Shown in pieces: positions 1 to 10,100 of a stretch of 64,000 nucleotides of DNA. The stretch spans positions 992,001-1,056,000 of the forward strand of contig JAXHLW010000013.1 of the NCBI GenBank assembly GCA_034521815.1. The letters run 5' to 3'. Made by a program: the position numbers and the translations under genes. Below the pieces are notes generated by a model. The model searched no databases and had not been told where the DNA came from. It saw only the letters and a list, made by a program, of their open reading frames with translations. The stretch's first letter is position 1. Every line of letters begins with the position of its first letter. The stretch comes from Trueperaceae bacterium. Lineage in GTDB: Bacteria; Deinococcota; Deinococci; Deinococcales; Trueperaceae.

Positions 1-319
1 CGACGGCGCCACCACCGCCCAGATCTTCGCGCGCATCCTGCTCCCGTTGACGGTGCCGGCGCTGGTCACGACCGGCCTGCTGACGTTCATCGTCTCCTGG
101 AACGAGTACCTGTTCGCGCTGAGCTTCACGATCACCAACCCCAGCGCGCAGACGGTCCCGGTCGCGATCGCGCAGTTCGCCGGCATCGTCGAGCAGCAGG
201 AGCCGATCGCCGAGATCATGGCCGCCGCGATGATCGTCACGCTGCCGCTGGTGGTGCTGGTGCTGGTGTTCCAGCGCCGCATCGCCGCGGGCCTGACCGC
301 CGGCTCGGTGAAAGGATGA
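1..319 (+). CDS. Carbohydrate ABC transporter permease (MalG-like), 5'-truncated by window
   Basis: C-terminal signature [11 protein letters not shown]...TVPVAI...[25 protein letters not shown]. Confidence 0.9.
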   Translation, partial: DGATTAQIFARILLPLTVPALVTTGLLTFIVSWNEYLFALSFTITNPSAQTVPVAIAQFAGIVEQQEPIAEIMAAAMIVTLPLVVLVLVFQRRIAAGLTAGSVKG

Positions 320-1703
320 CCGTGACCTCCGACCCCACTGCCGGGACCACTGCCGGGACCACTGCCGGGACCGTTCCCGAAGGCGCCCGACCGAACCTGG
401 TCCTGATCGACTGCCACGACCTCGGCCGCCACCTCGGCTGCTACGGACACCCGACGGTGCCGTCCGACGCGCTCGACGGGCTGGCGCGCGACGGGGTGCG
501 CTTCGACAACGCCTTCTGCACCGCCCCGCAGTGCAGCCCGAGCCGGGCGTCGCTGTACACCGGACGCCACGCGCACGACGTCGGCATGCTGGGCCTGGCG
601 CACGCACCGTTCGACTGGCGCCTGCATCCGGAGGTGCGCTACCTGGCGAGCTACCTCCAGCAGGCCGGCTGGCGGACCCACCACATCGGCGTGCAACACG
701 TGATTCGCGACACCCCGGAGCACGTCCGCTCGCTGGGCTTCGACGTCCACGCCGCACCCCACGCCCAGGCGTCGCGGGTCGCGGACGAAGCGGCCCGCAC
801 GATTCGGGGCGCAACCGGCCCGTTCTTCGTGAACGTCGGCTTCGAGGAGCCGCACCGCGACAGCCGGTCGGACGGTTCAAGGACCACCCTCCGTTCGACG
901 CCCGCGGGGTGGAGGTCCCGGCGTACCTGCCGGACACGCCCGCCGCGCGCGACGAGATGGCCGAGCTGCAGGGCACGATCAAGGCGATGGACGACGGCGT
1001 GGCGCGCATCCTGGCCGCCGTCGCCGAGCGGCCGGACGCGGAGAACACCTGGGTCGTGTTCACCACCGACCACGGCCTCGCGCTCCCACGCGCCAAGGCG
1101 TCGATGTACGACCCCGGCCTGGGCGTGGCGCTGATCATGCGCTGGCCCGCGCGGGGGCTGACGGGGGGCCGCACGATCGACGCGCTCACCAGCCACGTGG
1201 ACCTGGTCCCGACCGTGCTGGAGGGGCTCGGGCTGAGCGCGAGCGACGATCTGCACGGTCGCAGCCTGTGGCCGCTGCTGCGCGAGGAGACCGACCGGCA
1301 CCACGCGGCCATCTTCGCGGAGAAGACGTTCCACACCGCGTACGAGCCGCAGCGCGCGGTCCGGACCGAGCGCTACAAGCTGATCGCGAACCTGGAAGTC
1401 GACGTGATGAACATCCCCGGCGACGTGCTGCGCAGCCCGATCACGGCCACCATGGTCGACCGGATCGCGGCCGAGCGCCCACCGCTGGAGCTCTACGACC
1501 TGATCACCGACCCGGACGAGGTCGACAACCGCATCGGCGACCCCGCGCTGGCCGAGGTCGCAGCGGAGCTGAAGCGCGAAGCTCGTCGCCTGGATGGAGC
1601 GCACCGACGACCCGATCCTGGACGGTCCGATCGCGCTCGCCCTACCGCGCACGCCGCCTGCCGGGCGCTGGGCCTTCCGGCCGAGCCCGACCCGTACGCA
1701 TGA
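316..1703 (+). CDS. Sulfatase (formylglycine type, sulfamidase-like); frameshifted near 860 and probably 1580/1640
   Basis: [12 protein letters not shown] and [11 protein letters not shown] (CxPxR) in ORF 316; FTTDHG, AKASMYD and [12 protein letters not shown] in ORF 531; ATGA overlaps at both ends. Confidence 0.85.
335..372 (+). repeat. 12-bp tandem repeat x3 (CCACTGCCGGGA) in sulfatase N-terminus
   Basis: Exact copies at 335, 347 and 359; encodes TAGT repeats. Confidence 0.9.
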
Positions 1704-2727
1704 CGGCGCGACCCGGCGACCCCGGGACGCGGCCCGGCGGCGACGCGCCCCGCGAGCGTGACGGAGCACCGGTCGAGGTGCTCGTGCTCGGCCCGGCCTA
1801 CTGCGACCTGCTGTTCGTGGGCCTCGACGGGCTGCCCGCCCTGGGCACGGAACGGTTCTCGGACGGGTTCCTGACCACCGCCGGGGGAAGCGCGATCACC
1901 GCGATCGCGCTGCGCCGGCTCGGGCGCCGCGTCGGGCTGGTCGCCGACGTCGGCGACGACGCGCTCGGCCGGATCGTGCGCGAGGTGCTGGAGCGAGAGG
2001 GGATCGCGACGTCGTGGCTCCGCGACCGGATCGGCGTGCCCACCCCCGTCACCGCCGTGCTGTCCACCCCCGCCGATCGGGCGTTCGTGACGTACCTGCC
2101 CCCCGCGGCGGCGCCGGCCGATCTTAGCTCGATCCTGACGGCGTCCGGGGCCCGCCACCTGCACGTGGCCGGCTTTCCCGCGGCGATCGCCGATCCCGAC
2201 GTCGCCGAGACCGCGCGCGCCCACGGCGTGACCGTATCGTTCGATCCCGGCTGGGACGAAGCGGCGCTTCGCGACCCGAGCGTGCGGCGGCTCGCCCTGG
2301 CGTGCGACGTGCTGATGCCGAACCTCGTCGAGGCGCACCTGCTCGCTGACCTGGAAGACGAGTCCGACGGGTGGGGACCGGACGCCGCCTCGCGGACGCT
2401 CGACCGCCTGGCGAGCATGCGGCCGGATCGGACCACCGTCGTCAAGGACGGCCCGCGCGGCGCCGTCGGCATCGACGGCGCCGGACGAGCCTCGGCCTCG
2501 TCGCCCCCGGTCGAGGCCACCGACCCGACGGGCGCCGGCGACGTGTTCGACGCCGGCTTCCTGGACGCCTGGCTGAACCGAGAATCGCTTGACGACGTGC
2601 CTGCAGCGTGGCGCGCTGAGCGGCGCCCGCGCGGTCACGGCGTACGGCGGCGCGAGCGCGGCGCCGACGCGCGACGAGCTGGACGCCGCCTGGACGACGC
2701 CTGTCCGAAGGAGGAGAACCGTGGTGA
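1700..2727 (+). CDS. PfkB-family carbohydrate kinase; frameshifted near 2590, 3' end uncertain
   Basis: AGGSAITAIALRRLG, VGDDALG, SFDPG, VVKDGPRG and DPTGAGDVFDAGFL within ORF 1268; C-terminal helix continues in ORF 2589 frame. Confidence 0.8.
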
Positions 2728-3980
2728 AGATCGCGATCATCGGCGGCGGCAGCGCCTACGCGCCCGGACTGCTGCAGGCGTTCGCGGCCGAGGCCGACGC
2801 GTTCGAGGGCGCGCAGCTGACGCTGATGGACGTCGCCGAGCGCGAGCTCGAGATCGTCCATCGCCTGGGCCTCCGGCTGTTCGAAGGCACCGGCCTGCAC
2901 CTCGACGCCACCACCGACCGCCGCCAGGCGATCGACGGCGCGACGCACGTCCTCACCACGTTTCGGCAGGGCGGCCTGTCCGCCCGACACCTCGACGAGA
3001 GCGTCCCGCTCCCGTTCGACGTCGTCGGTCAGGAGACGATCGGTCCCGGCGGGTTCTTCTTCGCGATGCGCACGCTGCCCGTCGTCCGCGAGATCGCGGA
3101 CGAGATCGCCCGCTGGGCCCCCGGCGCCACGCTGGTGAACTACACCAACCCGACCCAGATCGTCGCGGAAGCCGTCAACCGCTACACGGCCGTGCGGTGC
3201 ATCGCGATCTGCGATCAGACCGACGACGATCGGGTCCATATCGCCCAGGCGCTCGACCTCGCCCCGGAGGACGTCGAGCTCGAGTCGGTCGGCGTGAACC
3301 ACGCGACCTGGAGCAGCCGCTGTCGGATCGAGGGCGAGGACGGGATCGCACGCATGATCGCCGAGCACGACCGCGTCCAGGCGCGACCCGACGTCTCGAG
3401 CCGCACCAAGCGGCAGTTCGCGCTGACGCGGCACTACCGCCAGGTCCCGAACAGCTACCTGCAGTACTACGCCTACCGCGACGAGACGCTCGCGGACGCG
3501 AAGGCGGCGTCGCGGACCCGCGCCGAGACGATCGCCGAGGAGCTGCCCGGGCACTACCGCCACTTCGCGGAACAGGCGGACGCCGAGACCCCGCGACTGA
3601 GCCGGGGACGCGGAGGCTCCGTGTTCGGCGACTTCGCGGTGCGCGTGCTCCGCGCCCTCGTGACCGGCGAGGCGGCGCGGTTGACCCTCAACGTTCCCAA
3701 CGCGGACCGGGCGGTTCCCGACCTCGATCCGGAGCGCGTGGTCGAAGTCCCCTGCCTGGTGGAGGGAGGCCGCATCGTGCCCGAGCCGCAGCCGCGCCTC
3801 GCGGCCGACCGTCGCGGCCTGATCAGGATGCTGGCGGACTACCAGGCGGCCGCCGCGGACGCCATCTGGGAGGGCGACAGGGCGGCCGTGACGCGCGCCC
3901 TGGCGAGCAACCCGCTGGTCGGCTCGGTCCGGAAGGCGGACGCGCTCCTGAACGCGCGGGCGCGAGGCGACGGCGCGTAG
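2724..3980 (+). CDS. Family 4 glycoside hydrolase (6-phospho-beta-glucosidase-like)
   Basis: KIAIIGGGS, GQETIGPGG, NYTNP, ICD and GVNH motifs; AGGAGG RBS upstream of GTG. Confidence 0.9.
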   Translation: MKIAIIGGGSAYAPGLLQAFAAEADAFEGAQLTLMDVAERELEIVHRLGLRLFEGTGLHLDATTDRRQAIDGATHVLTTFRQGGLSARHLDESVPLPFDVVGQETIGPGGFFFAMRTLPVVREIADEIARWAPGATLVNYTNPTQIVAEAVNRYTAVRCIAICDQTDDDRVHIAQALDLAPEDVELESVGVNHATWSSRCRIEGEDGIARMIAEHDRVQARPDVSSRTKRQFALTRHYRQVPNSYLQYYAYRDETLADAKAASRTRAETIAEELPGHYRHFAEQADAETPRLSRGRGGSVFGDFAVRVLRALVTGEAARLTLNVPNADRAVPDLDPERVVEVPCLVEGGRIVPEPQPRLAADRRGLIRMLADYQAAAADAIWEGDRAAVTRALASNPLVGSVRKADALLNARARGDGA

Positions 3981-4041
3981 GCCCGACCTCGCGGAGCGGG
4001 CTGGCCGGGTCGCTCGATCACGCTCCGGTAGCGTGTCGTCC

Positions 4042-4820
4042 ATGGACCCGATCGCGCAGATCCGCGCTCACCGCTCGATCCGACGCTACCGACCGGACCC
4101 CGTCGGCGACCAGCTCCTGGACAGGCTGCTGGAGGCCGGCATTCGCGCCTCGTCGTCGGGAACATGCAGGCCTACTCGATCGTCGCGACGCGCGATCGCG
4201 CCCTGCGCGAACGTCTGTACGTGCCGCACATGGAACAGGAGATGGTCCTCGAAGCACCGCTGCTGCTCACGTTCTGCGCCGACTTCCGGCGGATGCGGCG
4301 CTGGCTGGCGCTGAGCGGCGCGGAGGACGGATTCGACGACCTGTTCTCGTTCCTGGTCGGCGCGATCGACGCCGTGCTGGTGTCGCAGAACGTGGCGCTG
4401 GCAGCGGAGGCCGAGGGTCTGGGCATCTGCTACCTGGGGAGCACGCTGGCCAACTGCGACCGGGTCGGCGAGATCCTGGAGCTTCCGCCGGGCGTCGTGC
4501 CGGTCGCGGGCTTCACGCTGGGCTGGCCCGCCGAGGACCCGCCGCTACGCGACCGCCTGCCGCTGGACGGCCTGGTGCACCGCGAGACGTACCGCGATCC
4601 GGACGACGCGCGGCTGCTCGAGATCTACCGGGACCGCGAGACCGCCGGCTGGGAGCGCTACATGGCCCGCCCGGAGCTGCGGGCGCGCGTCCAGGCCGCC
4701 GGCGCGGAGAACCTCGCGCAGCTCTACGCCACGGTCAAGTACCCACGCGCCGACGGTCATGCGTTCGCGCGGTCGGTCCGGGCGTACCTCGCCGCGCAGG
4801 ACTTCATGAACGACGCGTAG
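4042..4820 (+). CDS. Nitroreductase (NfsA/FRP-like); frameshift near 4160
   Basis: HRSIRRY...RASSSG then (N)MQAYSIV, AEAEGLGICYLG and RDRLP. Confidence 0.85.
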
Positions 4821-6076
4821 GTCTCGACCCCTGCCCCGCCCGCTCGTGCTGGGGCTTCGGCCCTCGAACCAGCGGCGCCGTGGCCACGATTCCGGCGATC
4901 GGCCCCAGCGCCAGCGGCAGCCAGATCCGTTCCGGAGGCCAGGCGACGGCCGCGGCGGTCAGCGCCTGGATCGCCGGGATCGTGACGGCGAAGCCGATGC
5001 TGTTCACGATCGTCAGCGCAGAGCCTCGGACCTCGGGAGGCGCCGTGCGCGCCACCAGCGTCGAGAACTGCGGCGAGTCCCCCACCACCGCGAATCCCCA
5101 CAGCGTCACGGCGAGCGCGAACCACGCCCCGCTCAGGCCGAACAGCCACGGCGAGGCGAGCCCGATCGTGCCCGACGCCGCCAGCATCGCGAGCGCGACC
5201 CGGGCGCTCCCGGCCCGTGCCGAAGCGAGGCCGCCGATCACGCAGCCCGCCGCGCCCACGGCGATCACCGCGAACGCCCCGGCGGATACCGTCGCCGCCT
5301 CGGCTTCCGGAAACCGCGTCGCCAGCAGGACCGGAACGAACGCCCAGAACGCGTACAGCTCCCACATGTGCCCGAAGTAGCCCGAGCGCGGCCGATCGGA
5401 ACTCGGCGACACGGAACACCGCGGCGATCGCCCCGGGCCGGAACCCCTGGCCGGCGCTCCGGTACGGGCCGTCGGGCACGAGCAGCCAGACGGCGAGCCC
5501 GCCGAGCACCGCCAAGACCGAGGTTCCCTGCACGACCGTCTGCCACGGTAGATCTGCCGCCCCGGCCGCGAGAAGGTGGGGAAACGCCGTCCCCAGCACC
5601 AACGCTCCGACGAGCCACCCCAGGGCACGGCCCAACCCGGCTTCGAACCAGTCCGCGGCCAGCTTCATCCCGACGGGATAGATGCCCGCCAAGAAGAACC
5701 CCGTCAGGAACCTGAACGCCAGGATCCAGGCGTAGTCGGTGGCGACCGTTCCCACCCCGAGGTTGACGACCGCTCCGGCGACCGCCGACAGCACGAACAC
5801 CCGCGAGGGCGAGAACCGATCCGCGATCGTCGCGACGGCGTACGCCAGCGTGCCCACGATGAACCCGATCTGCACCGCCGACGTGAGCGGGCCCAGCGCG
5901 GTGGCGGGCAGGCCGTACGCGCTCTGCAGATCGCTCAGCACCGCGTTCCCAGCGAACCAGAGCGAGGTACCCGCGAACTGCGCGGCGACGATGATCGGCA
6001 GGATCCTGCGGGGCCGGAGGTGCCCGGCTTCCTCCTCGCCAGCGTCGCCCGAGCGTCCGTCGTTCGTCTTCCGCAC
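4804..6076 (-). CDS. MFS transporter; frameshift near 5385
   Basis: QFAGTSLWF, RFLTGFFLAGIYPVGMKL, GYFGHMWELYAFW and DSPQFS; multiple TM segments. Confidence 0.85.
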
Positions 6077-6190
6077 GTTCTGCACGGCCGACTGTACCCG
6101 GCGGCAGCGAACGGTCGACGTCGGATTCGATGCCGACGCCGCCCAGCCGGGAGCGTGCGACGCGCAGGCCGCTCGCGGTAGGCTGGATGC

Positions 6191-6730
6191 ATGCGCATCG
6201 GAATCGTATCCGACGTCCACGACGCGCTCTCGAACCTGCGTGCGGCGCTCGACGAGCTTCGCAGCGCGGACGTTCTTCTGGTCGCGGGCGACCTCTGCTC
6301 GCCGTTCGTGCTGCCGATCCTCGCAGACGGGTTCGCGCACGGCGACGTCCACATCGTGTTCGGGAACAACGACGGCGACCGGTTCCGGATGCAGCGCGTG
6401 GCAGCGGACCTCGCGAACGTGCACTTGCACGGCGAGGCGTGGACGGGCGAGCTCGGCGGGCGAACGATCGCGATGAACCACTTCCCCGCCGTCGCCGTGA
6501 CGATGGACCCGGCACGCTTTCATCTGATCGTGTTCGGGCACGATCACCGGCTCCGTACGGAACGCACCGAGGCGGGCGGCTGGCGCCTCGATCCCGGCTC
6601 GCTGCTGGGCTACGACCCTGCCGAACGTCAAGACGTGTCGCCCACGTTCCTGATCTACGACACCGAGAGCGACGAGGTCCAGAGTCTCGAGATCCCCCCT
6701 GGATCCGGCTCGGCACGCACCCGGGCGTGA
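6191..6730 (+). CDS. Metallophosphoesterase (YfcE/calcineurin-like)
   Basis: SDVHD, AGD, GNND and GHDH motifs. Confidence 0.9.
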   Translation: MRIGIVSDVHDALSNLRAALDELRSADVLLVAGDLCSPFVLPILADGFAHGDVHIVFGNNDGDRFRMQRVAADLANVHLHGEAWTGELGGRTIAMNHFPAVAVTMDPARFHLIVFGHDHRLRTERTEAGGWRLDPGSLLGYDPAERQDVSPTFLIYDTESDEVQSLEIPPGSGSARTRA

Positions 6731-6737
6731 GCGCTCG

Positions 6738-7382
6738 TCAGTCCGCGGGCGGCGCCGCGTGCGTCGCGGCCGCCACCACGCCCAGGCCGACGTACACCGT
6801 GCCGGTCAGCCACCGCTGGATCCGCGTGGCGCCCGGGCGCCGCCTCAGAACGGCGCCGATCCAGCCGGCCGACAACGCGTAGAGCGAGTCCGTCAACGCG
6901 GCCAGCGCGACGAAGATCCCGCCCAGGACCAGCGTCTGCGCTGCGACCGGGCCCCGCGCCGGGTCGAGGAACTGCGGCACGAAGGCCAACACGAACAGCG
7001 CGAGCTTCGGGTTGAGCACGGTCACGACGACGCCCTGGGCGGCGATGCGCCGGAGCGACCGCTCCTGCGCGCCTGCGGACGTGAACGGCTCCGGGTCCCT
7101 CTCGAGCCACGTTCGAACACCGAGGATCACCAGGTAGCCCGCGCCGGCCCACTTCACGACGGCGAAGGCGGTGGCCGAGCTGGCGAGGATCGCCGAGAGT
7201 CCCAGCGCCGCCGCCCCGAAGTGCACCAGCGCGCCGCTGTTCACCCCGAGCACCGACGCCAGCCCCGCCGCCCTGCCCTGCCGCATCGACCGGGCCACGA
7301 CGTACAGCACGGACGGTCCAGGCACGATCAGGAGCGCCAGCGAAGCGGCGACGTAGAGCACCAGCGATCCCGGTTCCAGCAC
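6738..7382 (-). CDS. LysE/RhtB family translocator
   Basis: PGPSVLYVV, VKWAGAGYL and LNPK motifs. Confidence 0.9.
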   Translation of the reverse strand: MLEPGSLVLYVAASLALLIVPGPSVLYVVARSMRQGRAAGLASVLGVNSGALVHFGAAALGLSAILASSATAFAVVKWAGAGYLVILGVRTWLERDPEPFTSAGAQERSLRRIAAQGVVVTVLNPKLALFVLAFVPQFLDPARGPVAAQTLVLGGIFVALAALTDSLYALSAGWIGAVLRRRPGATRIQRWLTGTVYVGLGVVAAATHAAPPAD

Positions 7383-7428
7383 GGCGAGCCTCCCGGTCCA
7401 ATGTACCCGCCACGGTATCGTCGTGCGC

Positions 7429-7908
7429 ATGTCTCCCTCCAAGAGCACCCGCCGCGTGATCGCGGCGCTTCACGCGCACGGCGTCGACACCGAGGTCCGC
7501 GACATGCCGGGCTCCACCAGGACCGCGCAGGACGCCGCCGACGCGGTGGGCTGCGACGTCGCGCAGATCGTGAAGTCGTTGGTGTTCGCTGCCGAGGACG
7601 GGCGCGCCTGGCTGATCCTGGTGAGCGGCCCGAACCGCGTCGATACCGACCTGCTCCAGGAGCGCACGGGATGCCCCGTGTCGATGGCCGATCCGGCCAC
7701 CGTCCGCGAGGTCACCGGGTTCGCGATCGGCGGCGTCGCGCCGGTCGGACTGGCGCACGACCTGCCGGTGCTGATGGACGAGGAGCTCCTCCGCCACGAC
7801 GTCGTCTGGGCCGCCGCCGGCACCCCGAAGAGCGTGTTCCCCGTCGCTCCAGGCGTTCTACGGCGCATCGCCGGCGCCGACGTCGTCCGCGTCGTCCGCA
7901 CGGCATGA
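7429..7908 (+). CDS. YbaK/EbsC aminoacyl-tRNA editing-domain protein
   Basis: QIVKSLVF, TGFAIGGVAPVG and WAAAGTP. Confidence 0.9.
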   Translation: MSPSKSTRRVIAALHAHGVDTEVRDMPGSTRTAQDAADAVGCDVAQIVKSLVFAAEDGRAWLILVSGPNRVDTDLLQERTGCPVSMADPATVREVTGFAIGGVAPVGLAHDLPVLMDEELLRHDVVWAAAGTPKSVFPVAPGVLRRIAGADVVRVVRTA

Positions 7909-7915
7909 GCGCCAC

Positions 7916-8632
7916 GTGAGCGGAGCCCGCTGGCGACGCCCGCCGTCGTGGCGTCTGTTCGTGCTTCGGCTGGCGCACCTGAACGTCGGCCTGATGGTGT
8001 TCGGGCTGAGCATCGCGCTCATGATCACGGCGAACATCGGGCTGGGGCCGTGGGACGTGTTCCACCAGGGCGTCGCTCAACGGACGCCGCTGACGATCGG
8101 CCAGGCGATGGTCGCCGCCGGCTTGGCGCTGCTGGTCGTCTCGGCCACGCTGGCCAAGGTCCGGCCGGGCGTCGGGACGATCCTGAACATGGCGCTGATC
8201 GGGCCGTGGGTGGACCTGTTCCTGGCGGTTCCGGGCTTTCCGGAGGCGGCCGGCGGCGCCGCCGGCTGGGGACTGTTCGTCGCGGGACTGGTGCTGAACG
8301 GCTTCGCGACCGGCCTGTACATCACCGCTGGCTTGGGGGCGGGCCCGAGGGACGGGTTCGCGATCGGCCTCGCCACGCTGCTGGGCACGCAGGTGCGGCG
8401 GGCGCGCACGCTCGTCGAGGTCGTCGTGCTGGCCACGGGCTGGGCGCTGGGCGGGACGGTGGGGCTGGGCACGCTGGCGTTCGCGGCCGGCATCGGACCC
8501 CTGATGCAGGCGGGCCTGCGCTCGCTTCGGGGGGTCGAGCGGGCCTACGCCGCGGCGTCGGACGCGGCCCGGCCCGCCCCTGCCGCAGCTCGGGTCGATC
8601 CACGCGCCGACACGCTCGACGAGCCGGTCTGA
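7916..8632 (+). CDS. YczE/YitT-family membrane protein
   Basis: GLGPWDVFHQG, GAGPRDG and GGTVGLGT. Confidence 0.85.
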   Translation: MSGARWRRPPSWRLFVLRLAHLNVGLMVFGLSIALMITANIGLGPWDVFHQGVAQRTPLTIGQAMVAAGLALLVVSATLAKVRPGVGTILNMALIGPWVDLFLAVPGFPEAAGGAAGWGLFVAGLVLNGFATGLYITAGLGAGPRDGFAIGLATLLGTQVRRARTLVEVVVLATGWALGGTVGLGTLAFAAGIGPLMQAGLRSLRGVERAYAAASDAARPAPAAARVDPRADTLDEPV

Positions 8633-8636
8633 GGCG

Positions 8637-10100
8637 CTACTCGATCTCGATCCGCTCGACCGGTCCGAACTCGTCCAGCGGGCGATCGAACGCCGCCTCG
8701 TCGCCGACGACGAGGATCACCAGGTGAGCTGGATCGACGACCTGTCTCGCGGCGGCCTGGACGTCGCCCGGAGCGAGGGCCTGCATCGCCTCGACATGCC
8801 GAGCGAAGTAGCCGCCTGGAAGCCCCAGGAGCTCCACCCTGGCCGCTCGCTCGGCGACGGCCGCGACCGAGACGTCGCGGAACACCGAGCTGTTCACCAG
8901 CGTCGTGACGGACCGCTCGAGCTCGGCCTGCGTCACGCCCTCGTCGCGTAGCCGATCGATCTCGGCCAACAGCAGCCCCAGCACCTCCGCGGTGGCGTCC
9001 ACGCGTGTGAACGCGTACGCCAGGAACGTGCCCGGAACCTCGAACCCCTGCGTGAGCTGCGAGCCCGTGGCGTACGCGAGGCCGCGGCGCGTCCGGATCT
9101 CGCTGAACAGCCGGCTGCCGAACCCACCGGCCCCCAGGACGTCGTTCGCGACGGTGAATGCGGAGTACGGCCCCTGGTAGGCGACCATGGCCGGCTGCCC
9201 GACGAGCACGATCGACTGCTGCAGGTCCTTCTGCGCCAGGTAGATTCGCCGCTCGGGCTCCGGGTCGTACGCCGGAAGCTCGGGCGGCGCGGCGACGTCG
9301 ACCTCCCAGCCTCCGAACTCGCGCTCCAGGCGAGCGAGCATCCGTTCCGCGTCGAAATCGCCGGCGACCGCGAGGACGGTGGCCTTCGGACCGTAGTACG
9401 CCCGGTGGAACGCGACGAGGTCGCTCCGCTCGATCGCGCCGATCGTGGCCTCGGTCGGGTAGCGACCCGCCGGGTGGTCGCCGGCGATCCGGCGCTGGAA
9501 CTCGCGCACGGCCAGCTGAACCGGGTCGTCGACGACGCGACGGATCGCCTCGAGCTGACGGCTTCGCTGCACCTCGATGCGTTCCGGGTCGAAGCCGGGG
9601 GCGACGAGCACGTCGCGCCAGATCGGCACGACCTGGTCCAGCGTGTCCGACAGCGCGGAGAACGACACGCTGGCCAGGACGTCGCTCGAGGACGCCTCGA
9701 CCGACGCGGCCAGACGCTCCAGCGTGACGTCGATCGTCGCGGGCGAGCGCCCTCCGGCACCCCCTTCGCGCAGGAGGGCGGCCGTGAATCCGGCCAGGCC
9801 GGCGAGGTCGTCGGGGTCGTACAGGCCGGGCGCCTCGACGTAGGCCACGCCCGAGACGAGCGGCAACGTCCGGTCTTCGGCCAGATGGACGACGATGCCG
9901 TTGCTCAACACGGCGCGCACGGGCTCGGGCGCATCGAACGTCAGCGGTGGCGCCTCGATCTCGCTGGGGTGGGGCCAATCGGCAGGCTGGGCGAACGCGC
10001 CCAGCGACGTCGCGACGAGAAGAACCAGCAGCGACCGTGCAGCGAAGGCAGGGGTCGGACGGCCAACCGACCGTCGGGCGGGGTGGTGTGTACCTGGCAT
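8637..10100 (-). CDS. M16 peptidase, non-catalytic partner subunit, with signal peptide
   Basis: LSNG and SRLFSEIRTRRGLAY; no HxxEH. Confidence 0.85.
   Translation of the reverse strand: MPGTHHPARRSVGRPTPAFAARSLLVLLVATSLGAFAQPADWPHPSEIEAPPLTFDAPEPVRAVLSNGIVVHLAEDRTLPLVSGVAYVEAPGLYDPDDLAGLAGFTAALLREGGAGGRSPATIDVTLERLAASVEASSSDVLASVSFSALSDTLDQVVPIWRDVLVAPGFDPERIEVQRSRQLEAIRRVVDDPVQLAVREFQRRIAGDHPAGRYPTEATIGAIERSDLVAFHRAYYGPKATVLAVAGDFDAERMLARLEREFGGWEVDVAAPPELPAYDPEPERRIYLAQKDLQQSIVLVGQPAMVAYQGPYSAFTVANDVLGAGGFGSRLFSEIRTRRGLAYATGSQLTQGFEVPGTFLAYAFTRVDATAEVLGLLLAEIDRLRDEGVTQAELERSVTTLVNSSVFRDVSVAAVAERAARVELLGLPGGYFARHVEAMQALAPGDVQAAARQVVDPAHLVILVVGDEAAFDRPLDEFGPVERIEIE

Noticed and set aside
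1268-5380. 1370-aa ORF
   Set aside because: Only about 1700-2590 (PfkB) is real; the rest is stop-poor off-frame sequence typical of high GC.
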